Source: Lama guanicoe (lineage: Eukaryota). From it: a DNA stretch of 64,000 nt. The notes under the pieces were generated by a model. That model saw nothing but the letters and a program-made list of their open reading frames with translations. It was not told the origin of the DNA and searched no databases. Positions 40,804 through 54,519 of this stretch are shown piece after piece; the first letter of the stretch is position 1, and each line of letters starts with the position of its first letter. The position numbers and the translations under genes were made by a program. The stretch covers positions 13,220,879-13,284,878 of the forward strand of contig MU053881.1 in assembly GCA_013239625.1 (NCBI GenBank). The letters are read 5' to 3'.

Positions 40804-42186
40804 GTGCAGGTTAGAAACACGCCCACATAATCAGATAGCTTAAAGTGGTAGTTTAAATTTCATTCTCTGTTTATTATCCACCTCTATCATCATGAAAAGT
40901 CTTGATAAAATGATGGAGAAACAAGTAACTCTGCAATTTACCAATCTGCATTCTTATAGCAAAAATGCCTCCCAGAAACTTGTATAAAATATGTAACTGA
41001 AATAAAAATTATATCTAAGGAAAAGAAATTGAAAATAGACTGCTTGCTGTAGGATTGAAGGATAGGTATAATGATACGATTTTATTTTATTTCAGAGGAA
41101 TTTTTGAATGTAGGAAAAAACAATTCAGCAAATCTTATACATAATTAATGCAAAGAAACCACATCTAAGCACATGATAGCCAAAAAGTGGGCATGTTGAA
41201 TAAATAAAGCCAGATGAAAAATACATAAGCAAAAGAGAGGAAAACAGACTGATGGCAAACTTTTAACAAAAATCTATGAGAGTACAAAGAGAATCTTTAC
41301 AGGACTAAAAAATGAAAAAGTACTGTCAACTCAGAATCTTACACAAATAAAATATTCTTCAATAATGTGGTTAAAGACAAACTTGTTTTTCTTTTTAAGA
41401 TGGAAAAAAAAACTGTGATATGTTTGAACAGTTTACTGCCAACAGGACTAATTTACAGAAATTTGCAAAAAGATGCCTTTAAGTTAGAGGAAATGATCCC
41501 AAATGGAAGCGCAGAATTTTAAGAAATAAAGAAAAAAGACTAGAAAGGTAAGCATGATAATAGAAATGAATAGTATTTATTTAATAAAAGAAAAATAATG
41601 TCTTGTAAAATTTATAATATATTAAAAATCATATTTAACACAAAGCATAGGAGGTAGTAAATAAAGATAAAATATCATGTTTCTTCTCTTCTTTGGGAAC
41701 TACTTTTAATTCAATCAATAGTGCAATAAATCTAGGATAAAGATTTTTAATCTATAGAGTAACCACTAAAAGAATAAAGTGAGTAACAAAAGTAAAAACT
41801 AATAAAATAAAAAACTAATAAAGACATAAAAATGGAAGTGTTAAAATACTAAATTAATCCAGAGATGTGAAGAAAAATAAAACAACATATAGGAAAAACA
41901 GAAAAAATAGTAGACTTACGTGTAACTTTATCAATTATACTAAATGTGTATGGCACAGGACTTTCAGTTTCAGCTCAATTATACATTGTAAATTATAGGG
42001 CATCAGTATTCTTTTAAGTATAATTGATATGCGAAGAGAGGAGATAATTGGAACCATATGAAATTCTTAATTAAAAACAGAGAAGTCACAAAAAGTGAAA
42101 AGAAAAGCAACAAAGAACAATATAAAAAATGGAGAACAGTTTCAAACATGGTAGACATTCTAACTAGAGCAATAATCACTTTAAAT

Positions 42187-42308
42187 CAGAGAAAAAAATA
42201 TGACAATGAGTATGTATATGTCCATGAATGACTGAAAAATTGTACTGAACACTGGAATTTGACACAACATTATAAAATGATTATAAATCAATAAAAAGTG
42301 TTAAAAAA
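42187..42308 (+). mobile_element. Lineage-specific L1 3' tail nested in older L1
   Basis: gaatgactgaaaaattgtactgaacactggaatttgacacaacattataaaatgattataaatcaataaaaa. Confidence 0.8.
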
Positions 42309-42936
42309 TGCGAAGGATCTAAAAACAAAAAGATGTTAGAATGAGTGCAAGAACAAGATCCAACTATACATGGTCTAGTAGAAACTCATTTTTAATATAA
42401 AGATTTAGCTAGGTTACAAATAAACAGATAGAGGAAGATACGCTATGCCGACTCTAATCAAAAGAGAGCTAACGTATGTTCATTTCCGACAACGCAGACT
42501 TTAGAACAAAGAAAATTATCAGCAATCAAGAGGAACATTACATGTGACAAAGAAGTAAGTTCTCTAAGACCACGTAACAATCCTAAATGTGCATGCACCT
42601 CCCAACAGATGTCAAAGTCCAGGAGGCAAAAACTGACAGAAATGAAAAAAAGAAATAGACAAATCCAACAATACAGCTGCAGACTTCAGCTACTACTCCG
42701 TCAGTGGCTGATGGATCAAGGAGGCAGGGAATCAGTAAGACTAGAGATAAACTGATCAGTCTAGAAAATACTACCAGCCAATCTAATTTAACTGACACAG
42801 TTCACAACAGGAGGATACACACTCTTCTGTAGCTCGTGTGAAAAATTCACCAAGATATCAGATGCTGGGCCACACAACACACACTAAGAAATAAAAAGGA
42901 CATCATTCAAAGTATGCTCTCAGATGAAAATTGGAA

Positions 42937-45900
42937 TTAAAATAGAAATTAATAAAAAAAAGATAGCTAGAAAATCCCCAAATATTTGGAAATTAAACAA
43001 CACACTAAGTAACAGGTGGGTCAAAGAAGCACTCCCCAGAAAAATTTAAAAAAAAGAGAAAAAAACCCTCTTTTGAGCTAAATGAAAACAAAAATATAAC
43101 TAATCAGAATTCATAGGATACAATGAAAACAATTCTTAGAGGGAAATTTATAGCTTTAAAAGCATGTATTAGGAAAGAGGAGTGATCTGAAATCAATAAT
43201 TTGTTTTTACCTTATAAAACCAGAAAGAAAGAGCAATTTAACCCAAAATCAAGTAGAAGAAAGAGAGTATTTAAAATTGATGCTGCAATCAATAAAAAAA
43301 CAATAGAGAAAATAAATGAAACCAAAGGCTGATGCTTTGAAAGAATCCATGAAATCAATAAATCTCCAGTCAGGCTAAAAAACACAAAAAGAAATAAAAT
43401 ACAATTTTCTTATCAGAAATGAAAGAAGAGTTCTTGTTAGTGATCCCATGAACACTAAAAGGATAATAAAGAAATACTACAAACAACTTTATGGCTACAA
43501 ATTTATTACAGAAATTGAATCAACAACAAAAAACATTTCAATAAGGAAAGCATCAGGCCCAGATTTTACCCCAAATTTTACCCCAAATTTCAGGAATAAA
43601 AATAATATTAATTCTTTAAAATCTCTTCTAGAAAACAGGAGCAGAGGGAAGCTATTCCTAACATTGAAAAGTGAGAGATTAGATGCATCAGGAACAAGGC
43701 AAAATGTCCTTTTTTTACTACTCAAATTCTACATAGTCCTGGAAGTTCTATCTACTACAATACAGTATCAAAAATATAAATGATAGATAAATATATAGTG
43801 GGAAGGAAGATAAAGCTATCTTTATTCAGGGATGGCATGCCTTTTGATGTATAAAATCACAAAGAATCTACAAAAAACCAAACAAACAAAACAAACCAGT
43901 TACACAGAACAAATCTTCCAGAAGTAGTAAGCCTGTGTAATAAGACTGTAGGATACAAGGCTAAAATACAAAAGTCAATTGTTTCCTTGTTTGCTAGCAA
44001 TGAACAATGGATTTTTAAAATTAAAAAGTCCATGCCATTTCTAGTAGTCATGACAAAAAAAGCAATACTAAGGCATAATCAAACAATAGATATCGTCTAT
44101 ATATGGAAAACTAACAAAACACTTAAAAAAATCAAAGATCTAAATAAATGGAGTTATTCCAGTTCATGGGTGGCAATCAGTATTATTAAAATGTTAATTT
44201 ATCATAAATTAATTGTAGATTAAACACAATCAAAATTCCAGCAATGAGAAATTCTGTATTTTATATGGAAAGACAAAGAACCTAGAATAACCCACAACAT
44301 ATTGAAGAACAACACTGAAGAACTCAGATTCCTATTTCAGGACTTACTACAAAGGCACTATAATTGAGACAGTGTGAGATTAGCAAAATAATAGATACTA
44401 GACCAATGCAACAGAAAACAGCACCTACAAACAACAGATCTATGCAAAAATAGTCAAATGATCTTTGATAAAAGGCACAAGACAATTCAGTGGAGAAAGG
44501 ATAGTCTTTTCAACAGATGGTGCCAGGCAATTGTATATCCAAATGTAAAAAAATTAAACCCAGACACTGACCTTAGACCTTTCATAAAATTTAACTCAAA
44601 ATGGATCATATAACTAAATATAAAATGCAAAACTGTAAAAATTCTAGAACATATAAGAGAAAATCTTACATGAACTTGGGTATGGTGATGAGTTTTTGGA
44701 TAGAAAAGGAAATCTCAAAGAGAAAAACAGAAGTTGGAGCTTATAAAATTAAAACTTCCTGCTCTATTAAAGAGATTGTTAATAAAATGAAAAGTCATAT
44801 ACTTTGACAAAATATTTGCAAAATATATTCAATAAAGAACTTGTACACAAGTCTGAAAGCTCACAAATAAGAACATAAACGACCAGACTTTAAAAATGGT
44901 AAGAAAAACAGCTGATCAGATTCCTCATCAATTTAAAATAGAAATTAATAAAAAAAAGATAGCTAGAAAATCCCCAAATATTTGGAAATTAAACAACACA
45001 CTAAGTAACAGGTGGGTCAAAGAAGCACTCCCCAGAAAAATTTAAAAAAAAGAGAAAAAAACCCTCTTTTGAGCTAAATGAAAACAAAAATATAACTAAT
45101 CAGAATTCATAGAATTCATACAATTCATAGAATTCATACAATGAAAACAATTCTTAGAGGGAAATTTATAGCTTTAAAAGCATGTATTAGGAAAGAGGAG
45201 TGATCTGAAATCAATAATTTGTTTTTACCTTATAAAACCAGAAAGAAAGAGCAATTTAACCCAAAATCAAGTAGAAGAAAGAGAGTATTTAAAATTGATG
45301 CTGCAATCAATAAAAAAACAATAGAGAAAATAAATGAAACCAAAGGCTGATGCTTTGAAAGAATCCATGAAATCAATAAATCTCCAGTCAGGCTAAAAAA
45401 CACAAAAAGAAATAAAATACAATTTTCATATCAGAAATGAAAGAAGAGTTCTTGTTAGTGATCCCATGAACACTAAAAGGATAATAAAGAAATACTACAA
45501 ACAACTTTATGGCTACAAATTTATTACAGAAATTGAATCAACAACAAAAAACATTTCAATAAGGAAAGCATCAGGCCCAGATTTTACCCCAAATTTTACC
45601 CCAAATTTCAGGAATAAAAATAATATTAATTCTTTAAAATCTCTTCTAGAAAACAGGAGCAGAGGGAAGCTATTCCTAACATTGAAAAGTGAGAGATTAG
45701 ATGCATCAGGAACAAGGCAAAATGTCCTTTTTTTACTACTCAAATTCTACATAGTCCTGGAAGTTCTATCTACTACAATACAGTATCAAAAATATAAATG
45801 ATAGATAAATATATAGTGGGAAGGAAGATAAAGCTATCTTTATTCAGGGATGGCATGCCTTTTGATGTATAAAATCACAAAGAATCTACACAAAACAAAC

Positions 45901-46947
45901 AAAACAAAACAAACCAGTTACACAGAACAAATCTTCCAGAAGTAGTAAGCCTGTGTAATAAGACTGTAGGATACAAGGCTAAAATACAAAAGTCAATTGT
46001 TTCCTTGTTTGCTAGCAATGAACAATGGATTTTTAAAATTAAAAAGTCCATGCCATTTCTAGTAGTCATGACAAAAAAAGCAATACTAAGGCATAATCAA
46101 ACAATAGATATCGTCTATATATGGAAAACTAACAAAACACTTAAAAAAATCAAAGATCTAAATAAATGGAGTTATTCCAGTTCATGGGTGGCAATCAGTA
46201 TTATTAAAATGTTAATTTATCATAAATTAATTGTAGATTAAACACAATCAAAATTCCAGCAATGAGAAATTCTGTATTTTATATGGAAAGACAAAGAACC
46301 TAGAATAACCCACAACATATTGAAGAACAACACTGAAGAACTCAGATTCCTATTTCAGGACTTACTACAAAGGCACTATAATTGAGACAGTGTGAGATTA
46401 GCAAAATAATAGATACTAGACCAATGCAACAGAAAACAGCACCTACAAACAACAGATCTATGCAAAAATAGTCAAATGATCTTTGATAAAAGGCACAAGA
46501 CAATTCAGTGGAGAAAGGATAGTCTTTTCAACAGATGGTGCCAGGCAATTGTATATCCAAATGTAAAAAAATTAAACCCAGACACTGACCTTAGACCTTT
46601 CATAAAATTTAACTCAAAATGGATCATATAACTAAATATAAAATGCAAAACTGTAAAAATTCTAGAACATATAAGAGAAAATCTTACATGAACTTGGGTA
46701 TGGTGATGAGTTTTTGGATAGAAAAGGAAATCTCAAAGAGAAAAACAGAAGTTGGAGCTTATAAAATTAAAACTTCCTGCTCTATTAAAGAGATTGTTAA
46801 TAAAATGAAAAGTCATATACTTTGACAAAATATTTGCAAAATATATTCAATAAAGAACTTGTACACAAGTCTGAAAGCTCACAAATAAGAACATAAACGA
46901 CCAGACTTTAAAAATGGTAAGAAAAACAGCTGATCAGATTCCTCATC
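42937..46947 (+). repeat. Head-to-tail tandem duplication of ~2.0 kb (copy 1 42937-44929; copy 2 44933-46947)
   Basis: Near-identical sequence; ORF track pairs are offset by 2018 nt (43448/45466, 43987/46005, 44601/46619); junction ...ttcctcatc-aat-ttaaaatagaa.... Confidence 0.97.
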
Positions 46948-47848
46948 GAAGAGGATATAAAAAATGGTAAGTAAACATATGAAAAGATGTTCTAACAAGG
47001 CGTCACTGTAATGCATATTACAATGGCTGAAATTCCAAACTGACAATACCAACTGTTGTTGGTGAAGATTCGGAGTTCTAGGATCTCTCATTCATTGTTG
47101 ATGTGAGTACAAAATAGTACAATAACTCTGGATGACAGTTTGCTAGTCTCTTAGAATGCTAAATGTAGTCTTAACCATATGTTCCAATAATCACACACAT
47201 AAACACCCAACTGATTTGAGAAATTATGTCCATATAAAACCTGCATGTGAATGTTTATGATTATATTCATAATTTTCAAAAACTAGATGCCAATAAGTTG
47301 TCTTTTTGTAGGTGAGTAGATAGTCAAACCATGGTGCATCCATACAATGAAACACTACTCATTAGCAACAAGTAACAGAGCATTAAAAACATATATATAT
47401 AGTAACAAAAGAAATTAAGAGAGCAAAATGGGAAGCCGCTTGTAGCTAAGAAAGACAAAAACAAACACAAAAATCTACCAAGTAATTTAAAAAATTTCTT
47501 AAACTGGCCAAAGCCTCAAACAGGCACTTCTCAGGGTTATCAACTGATCAGCAAGCAAAAAGTGAGTATCATTAATCATTAGAGAAATATCAATCATTAA
47601 TACAATGTAATACAACTGTGCACCCAAGAAAACCGACTAATAATAAAAAGACGGGCAATACCAAGTGTTGTCAATGTGCTGCCTGTTACAGTGCTAGGTT
47701 GTTTAGTCAATTGGTTTTGCCTCTTGGAAAACCATTTGGCAGTTTCTAAGAAAAAAGTTGAACATATGTATACTCTATGACCCAGGCAGCAGTACAAATG
47801 AGTATAAATTCAACAAAAATAGTTCTTAGGTCCACGGAAAGACTTATA

Positions 47849-47984
47849 CAACATGTTCAAGCAGGTTTTTTTCCGCCTACCACAGTCTAAATTAAAAATA
47901 GTCCATATGTGTATCAACATGCTCAAGCAGGTTTTTTACCCCCGTCACAGTCTAAATTAAAAATAGTTCATATGTCTATCAACA
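47849..47984 (+). repeat. ~66-bp imperfect tandem duplication
   Basis: caacatg(t/c)tcaagcaggtttttt...cacagtctaaattaaaaatagt(c/t)catatgt(g/c)tat occurs twice, starting at 47849 and 47915. Confidence 0.92.
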
Positions 47985-50614
47985 GTAGAATGAATACATA
48001 CTGTGTGTGAATGTGTATGTATGCAAATATATTTATATACATGACTTGTATGTACATATATACATCTAAGAGTGAAAACATCAAAATGTGAAGAATTATC
48101 CTCTGTGAGTGGTGAATTATGAATGCTTTTTAAAAAATCAAGTTTCTGTATCTTTTCTGTTTCCTAAGCTTTCCACAATGAGCATGCCTTACTCTTTAAA
48201 ACTGGAATACAGACAGACAAACCAAAAGATGCTATTAAAAGCAAACAGAGATGATTCTATCTTTAGAAAACTCTTGATGTGATCAGTTTCACAAGAAAAC
48301 TTCAGGAAATAAATGACACCCAGGAACTGAAAGCATTATATTTACAGATTAGCACACAAAACTGTTTACCTTTGGGCAAAAGAACTGAAAGGATTTTTAC
48401 ACAAATTCTTTAAAGCTCTTGAGGAAAGTCTCAGGCCCAATGAATTCTGAGGCACTAATGTCAGGTTGTAGCTACCCAACATCAATTTAGACCCATACTG
48501 ATAGATAACTATTAAAAGTAGCATCTTTCCTTTGAAGGTGACACAGTGACAGCCTAAGTGTATGTTACTCTCTCTTGAGAAAAAGCTAGGAACAAGGTAA
48601 CCATCTGGTAGGGGTGTGTGCACACATCGGTACATGGGAATTCATGTCCTTTTGAAAACAGTCAAGTGGCTACATAGTCAGAAGGTCACATTTTGAACAG
48701 TGTATTTCACAGGTGTTGACTTTTCACCTAATGTCCTTTCTAGTATTTTCTGGACTAGAGAACAATAGGTGACAGGATATATTTCACAACACTCTGATCA
48801 TGATGATAAACGGGTAAAAATTACACACAGCTTGACCTATGAGATGGAGTCTCAATATGGGTGACCGTATATATTCCCAAATATATTAAATGGATAAGTT
48901 TTACAGTAAGATGGTGAAGGATAATACATGACTTTTAAGAGGATATATTTTCTACAGAAAAATAATTAAAATGATTATTTTACATAGAAATAACCTAGCA
49001 TTTGACCACTTTTGTTTCTCTCGATGTATGTTCGTTTATCTCTATCTGTATCTATTCCAAGCTTCTTTATGAATATAGCAATATCCTAACCAAATAATAG
49101 TAAACTAAAACCAACAACTTCAAATGCATACCACAGTTACAGGCATTACAGAAGGTAAAGGAGGTAGTTTAACTTTAGAAAATTAACTAACGTATTAATT
49201 AAGAGATGAAAATAGAAAATCCCTCGATGTTAACAGATTCAAAAAGGAACAATTTGACAGCAAAAAGAAATATACTGAATTTTAAGTAGCAAACTAGCAA
49301 AGTCTCGGTAAGATCTGTTGCTCAAACTTCTACCAGATTTCTGCTTGTAAGGAGAATCCCCAGTTGCTACAGGCCAAAGCTCTTACTGTATCAATAAGGT
49401 AAAGCCAAGCGCATGACAAATGTGGTTTTTAAAGGCACCAGGGGACCAATGCAGTGCAGTGAAAATGCAGTGCGATGAAGACGGGGAAGCAAAGAGGCCA
49501 GTGACATCTCAGAGAGGGGAGAACCTTTCTGAGATGAGCGGGTAATTGTCCTTCTTGCTATTATTGTCATCACTGTTCTTCCCTTGGGAGATTTTTTAAA
49601 TTCTGGGCTTAAGGGGAGGCGCTAGCTTATCCCAAGCAGATGCCGTATGTTGGAAACAGTGCAAGTTTCAGTGAGAATATGGGACTGTGATGACAGACTG
49701 GAAGACTGTGGAGCCCAGCATTCATGGCTGGTTTTCCCCAGGGGACACTTCCTGCATTTGGAGACTGCATTTGGGAGCCTCAGGATGAAAGCAGAGTAAA
49801 ATCTCTGGATTTCTCCCTGTGCTTTAGGAGACAGAGAACTAATGGAAGCTTGTCTCAGACTCTCAATGTTTCCCTCTCAAGGCATCTGCCAAATTTTGAA
49901 GCTTTGTAAGGCAAGAAGCTAAAAAGCTAAGCTCCAAAACCCCAGGAGGGCTGTCTGGAATCTCACAGATTCTTTTAGTGCCAGAGAGAGACGGATGGGT
50001 CAAGCTCCCAATAAAAAGCCAGCGGGGATGGGAGTGAGTGACACACACTCAGAGGAGGAATGATCAGCACAGAATTCAGCAGACTGACCACCTCCAGGGA
50101 TAGATGGATGGTGTGAGGAAGGGAGGGCATCAGGGGTCTTCTAAGAAATTTTCAATATCATATTTTTTTGACAGTGGTTCGATGAGTTCTCACTTCTTAA
50201 ATATGAACTTTATTATCACATGTTGTGTTTTTATGTGGTCAAAATATGTCACAAAAAGGTAAAGTTTAAACAAATAACATAGGTTCCAATAAACATCAGA
50301 AATAGGATCAAGCTCAAGTCACCTACACAAGAATCTTAAATAATTTATAGGTACCATAAAGTACTGTTAGAAATTTATGAGAATTTTCTCACTTTCACAG
50401 ACAAAAAAGAAATTGAAATATTCACTTGGTTTGTGGTTTTGCAGTATTCTGGCTCCCCCCCCAATGACTTTCAAAGATAAAGACAAACTAAAAACAATAG
50501 TGTAATATCACTTAATCACAGGCTAACAAACTCATTCAGGAAAAGTTTCTCACTGTTATCTACCTGACCTTGACTTTTATTACAAGTAGCCTAAGGTCAC
50601 TTGGTAGCGGCAAG

Positions 50615-50973
50615 TGTATTAGTCTCTTGAGCTGCCACTGCTAAATACCATGGGCTGGGTGTATTTTCTCAGTTCTGGGACTGGGAGCCCCAGATCAAAG
50701 TCCTGGTGGAGCCAGTTTCCAGGGAGAACTCGCCCCCTGCTTTGCAGATGGCCACGTTGTCCTCACATGGCCTTTCCTTTAAGTGAGCCAGGAGAGAGAG
50801 CTTTCCTGTGTCTCTTATAAGGACATGAATCCTATCACATCTGGGCTCCATCCTTATGACTTCATTTAACCTTAACTACTTTCTTAGAGGTCCTGTCTCC
50901 AAACGTGGCCACACTGCGGCCTCGGCATTCAACATGTGAATTTGGAAAGTACACAAGTGTTCAGTCTGTAACC
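50615..50973 (-). mobile_element. MaLR solo LTR (MLT1A-like)
   Basis: tgtattagtctcttgagctgcc...ctcagttctgggactggg...tcttataaggacatgaatcctatc...ttcaacatgtgaattt; flanks gcaag/acaag resemble a 5-bp TSD. Confidence 0.85.
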
Positions 50974-53945
50974 ACAAGGCGTATTTTTCCTTCCTTTTTA
51001 CAAAAAAAAAAAAAGAAAATACTGAAAAATAAGGAAAAATAAGTCCTGAGGCCAAAGCACCTCGTTACATCTGATGAATGACTGTTGTTTGTCCTGAGGG
51101 AAAGGTGGATGGCATTCACACCTCTTCTGGCTGGAGTTCACTGCTGCTTAAGAGTATTCCTCTCCTGCTTTTTGACAATATAGCTCCATAAATATGTTAG
51201 GGAGGAACTTGCTTCACAGAAATTTAAAATACTATTAGAAAAGGAACTGTAATTGGATCTCATTATAGACTCAATGTTTCAACAACGGAACTGCAGTGTC
51301 ATTGAGCCTGCCAGGGTCTTGGATGTGAGGGTTGCACGATTATTATTTCCTTCCCACACACAAATTCGTTGGCTGTGAGGTCCTTGACCTTCTAGCGGAC
51401 TGAAGATATCTGCTTCCAACTAGAGACTTAGAAGCTGCAAGTGTAACAGGTGGACATAAAGGGAGCCAGTGTAACTGATAAGGTACACGTGGAACTTCCT
51501 GTCTACTCTGTAGCATGGAGTCCCGACGTGTCTGCCTCATGGTAATTACGATGAGCAGAAAGTATGGTCTGTCTGAGAGCCTGGAGGCCTCTCCACTATC
51601 CCAGCATCCTGACGTGAAGGTGGATTCTGAACGACAGTCTTGCAGAACTTTAGTGTGAATCCTTTTTTGCTATTGTTTTGTTTTCAATTTCCATGCTTTC
51701 CATTGTTGAAGATGGATGGCAAGGAAGATGATATATTTCATGTTGCAGTTGTGTTTTTGTTTTGTGTCTTGTGGTTTTGCTCAAAGTGCACGAGGAGAAA
51801 GAGGGGAAGGTGAGTGTGACTTTACCATATGAATGAAAAGTCATCCCCCTTTTTTTTTTTTTAAATAGTTTTTCCCTTCAACTTCCAACCATTTTGGAAT
51901 TTCCAATTCAATCTTTCAGCTATGAAAAATGCCTTCGGTAAAATTTGGGTAGTCAACCAAAACACTGACATTTTCAAATGATGTTTAAAAGGCTCTATAA
52001 AAAAAATTAAAATAAAAGGCTCTGTAACTTGAAACTTTAAAAATGAACCATCAACGTTCATCTCAATGTTGTTTTAGAACTGCAATTAAACAGGCCATAT
52101 GTTAGCTAATCTGCAAATAATACATCTGTGACCATTTGTGGAATCTCCCTCCTCCAGACTTCTATTCCAAGCTCCACATAAGCAAAGAAGCTTCTCGGGA
52201 GTTAGTTACCACACTTTCCTCCTGGGGGCTGAAGATTTTGAAGGCCTCCATGCAGCCACGCATGATCTGAATTTAGCATAAGAGAATTGGGTTCATGGAG
52301 GGAAAGGAGACAGAGGGATGACAGAATTTTTATTTATACCTTTTCATCAATAGTCAACAAAATAGCCTTAAGTATCCACTATCACTGAACAGCTCTGTTA
52401 GGGATACTAAGGGTAGTACATGGTTTTACCTTCAAGAAATGCATCACACGATTGAAGAGGCAAGACACAGACAACCACATGCAACCACAAATTGTATGAA
52501 GTAATATATTCCCAGGAGAACAGTATGGATTCAAAGAGTTCAGAGAAAGGAAAGAAAAAAAATCACATCTTTGCAGCTCATCTTCCCTTTTTTTCTGGGA
52601 ACTACTCATTTTTCAAGATTCCACTTACTGTGACTTCATACACATGTACTTTTCTGGCCTGTCCTTGACCCTCTCTGCACCGACAGATGGAAATCACCCC
52701 TCTTTCCCTGTGCTGTCACAGCACGCAGCACAGACTGTTCGGAGCCTTCCCCTAAGGATTACAACCTCACCAAAGCTGTTTTGTTGTTTTGTGTGTCTCT
52801 TCCACCATGTGTAGCAAAGTGTTGCCCCTTTTGTGGGGTAAGCGGTTTTGGTGTTGAAGAATCTAAAGCCAAAGAGGGTGGGAGAAGGGTGAGAGGTCTT
52901 TGGACCAAGTTCAGGAGGGAACGTTCATCCCTTTGCTTACAGATTAAAAGGCTCTATTAACACATTTTCTAGGCACTTATGAACAGAGCAACCACAGTGG
53001 CCTTCAGAACACGTGAGTTGTAAACCATGCTGCAAAATGGCAAGAGTCCTCAAAGACTAAACCTTTGGGTCATGACTCCATAAACACAGAGCCATGTCTT
53101 CATGCACATATAACACAACTTATTTTTCACAATACATTGAAATAATCCATTTAAATTTGTAATGGAGCAACATTTTGATATAACTGCTGCTAGAGATATC
53201 TTTCCCCAACCCCTATCCTCCGCCCCCACCCTGCCCCACTTTTTACATAGCAATTCATGTTAAAAATAGATCAGAGTGATGAATCAAAGACACAGGGGGA
53301 AAAAAGTACCCCCCCAAAAAACCCCAAAAAACCTCTTGAAACTTTTTGAAGGGAATGTAACCTTGGAAAAAAAAGATATAGTTTGTATGAGCTTGCTAAT
53401 TTAGAATTCCGAAGACTAAGCTTTACAGGACAAGTTTATACCATAGCAAAATATACATTTGAAAGAAAATACGGTCAAATCTGCCCTCACCCTTAATGCC
53501 TAGGAATTATATTCAAGAAGTTTAGAGGGTTTTGTGGGACCCCATACAAAGATAAGAGAGTGTGCGGGGACATGTAATAATTGATTGCCCCAGGAGCCAA
53601 AGGGCAGCCAAAGAGCCAATTCATCAGCGAGCGCCCTCTAACACCTACTGGGATGTTCCAGTCCATCTAAGAGCTGCTAGTCGGCAGTAACCAGTTCAGC
53701 AGAAAGGACGTGCAGTCTGCCAAGCCCTGTCCTCATTAGAGCGTGCAAACAAGGTCCTACCTTTTGGCAACAGTGCAGAATGCTAAAAACATCAACAAAC
53801 AAAGAAGCAGGCAAAAAAACAGTGATAAGAAACATGGAGTAGAACTTTAGAGACCTAGAAGACAGGAAGGAGTTTGAGAGCAGAAACCCTCAGATCGCAC
53901 ACATACATGGGACTATAAGGGACTCCCTGAAATCTTTTCCTGTGT

Positions 53946-54168
53946 TAGTAGTTCTCAACCAGGACAATTTTATCCCTCCCTTTTGGAGGCATATGACCAC
54001 GTCTGGAGACATTTTTGGTTGTTACACCTTTGCAAGGGGGCTGCACTATTGGCAGACTCCAGCAACGCTGCTGAATATTCCACGTTACACAGAACAGCCT
54101 TCCCACCAGAAAGAAGTATTCAGCTCTCTGGTCCAAAACGGCAATAGTGCTGCGGGTGAGAAACCACA
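53946..54168 (+). mobile_element. MER20 (hAT-Charlie non-autonomous DNA transposon)
   Basis: agtagttctcaacc...gtctggagacatttttggttgttaca...ccaaaacggcaatagtgctgcgggtgagaaacc follows the MER20 consensus. Confidence 0.88.
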
Positions 54169-54331
54169 CCCTAGCGCGTGACCTGTAGTAAAAGAAACTT
54201 TTGTTATGTTCATTCTGTGTTAGACCATAACCTACTGGAGGATGCAAAGGAAATTTCATTTATCTTTGCCTAGAATTAAGGATGAGGAGAAGAGAAACTC
54301 CCAAAATGTTTTCTTCAAATTCTTAATAATA

Positions 54332-54419
54332 CATATGCATATGTATGACTGAAACATTTTTCTGTACACCAGAAATTGACATACTGTAAACTGACTATAT
54401 TTCAATCAAAAATGGAAAA
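54332..54419 (+). mobile_element. Short lineage-specific L1 3' tail with TSD
   Basis: atgtatgactgaaaca...ctgtacaccagaaattgaca...gtaaactgactatatttcaa; flanks aaattcttaataata / aaattcttattaata. Confidence 0.85.
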
Positions 54420-54519
54420 AAATTCTTATTAATAAAAACAACCATCATACAGTTTTCTTTTACCAAAATATAAAGTATCTATGAGGAGGTAACCTACCTA
54501 TCATGATAAAATTATTTGA

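Larger units (their letters stand above)
41100..48200 (+). mobile_element. Cluster of nested, decayed old L1 elements (ORF1 remnant, ORF2 remnants, 3' ends)
   Basis: Very A-rich plus strand; L1 ORF2-like peptides (IKKYYKQLY, SGTRQ, QKSIVSL); cttagagggaaatttatagc; ggatagtcttttcaacagatggtgc. Confidence 0.88.

Noticed and set aside
43448..46825. Pairs of identical ORFs suggesting duplicated genes
   Set aside because: Decayed L1 ORF2 fragments copied by the 2-kb tandem duplication.
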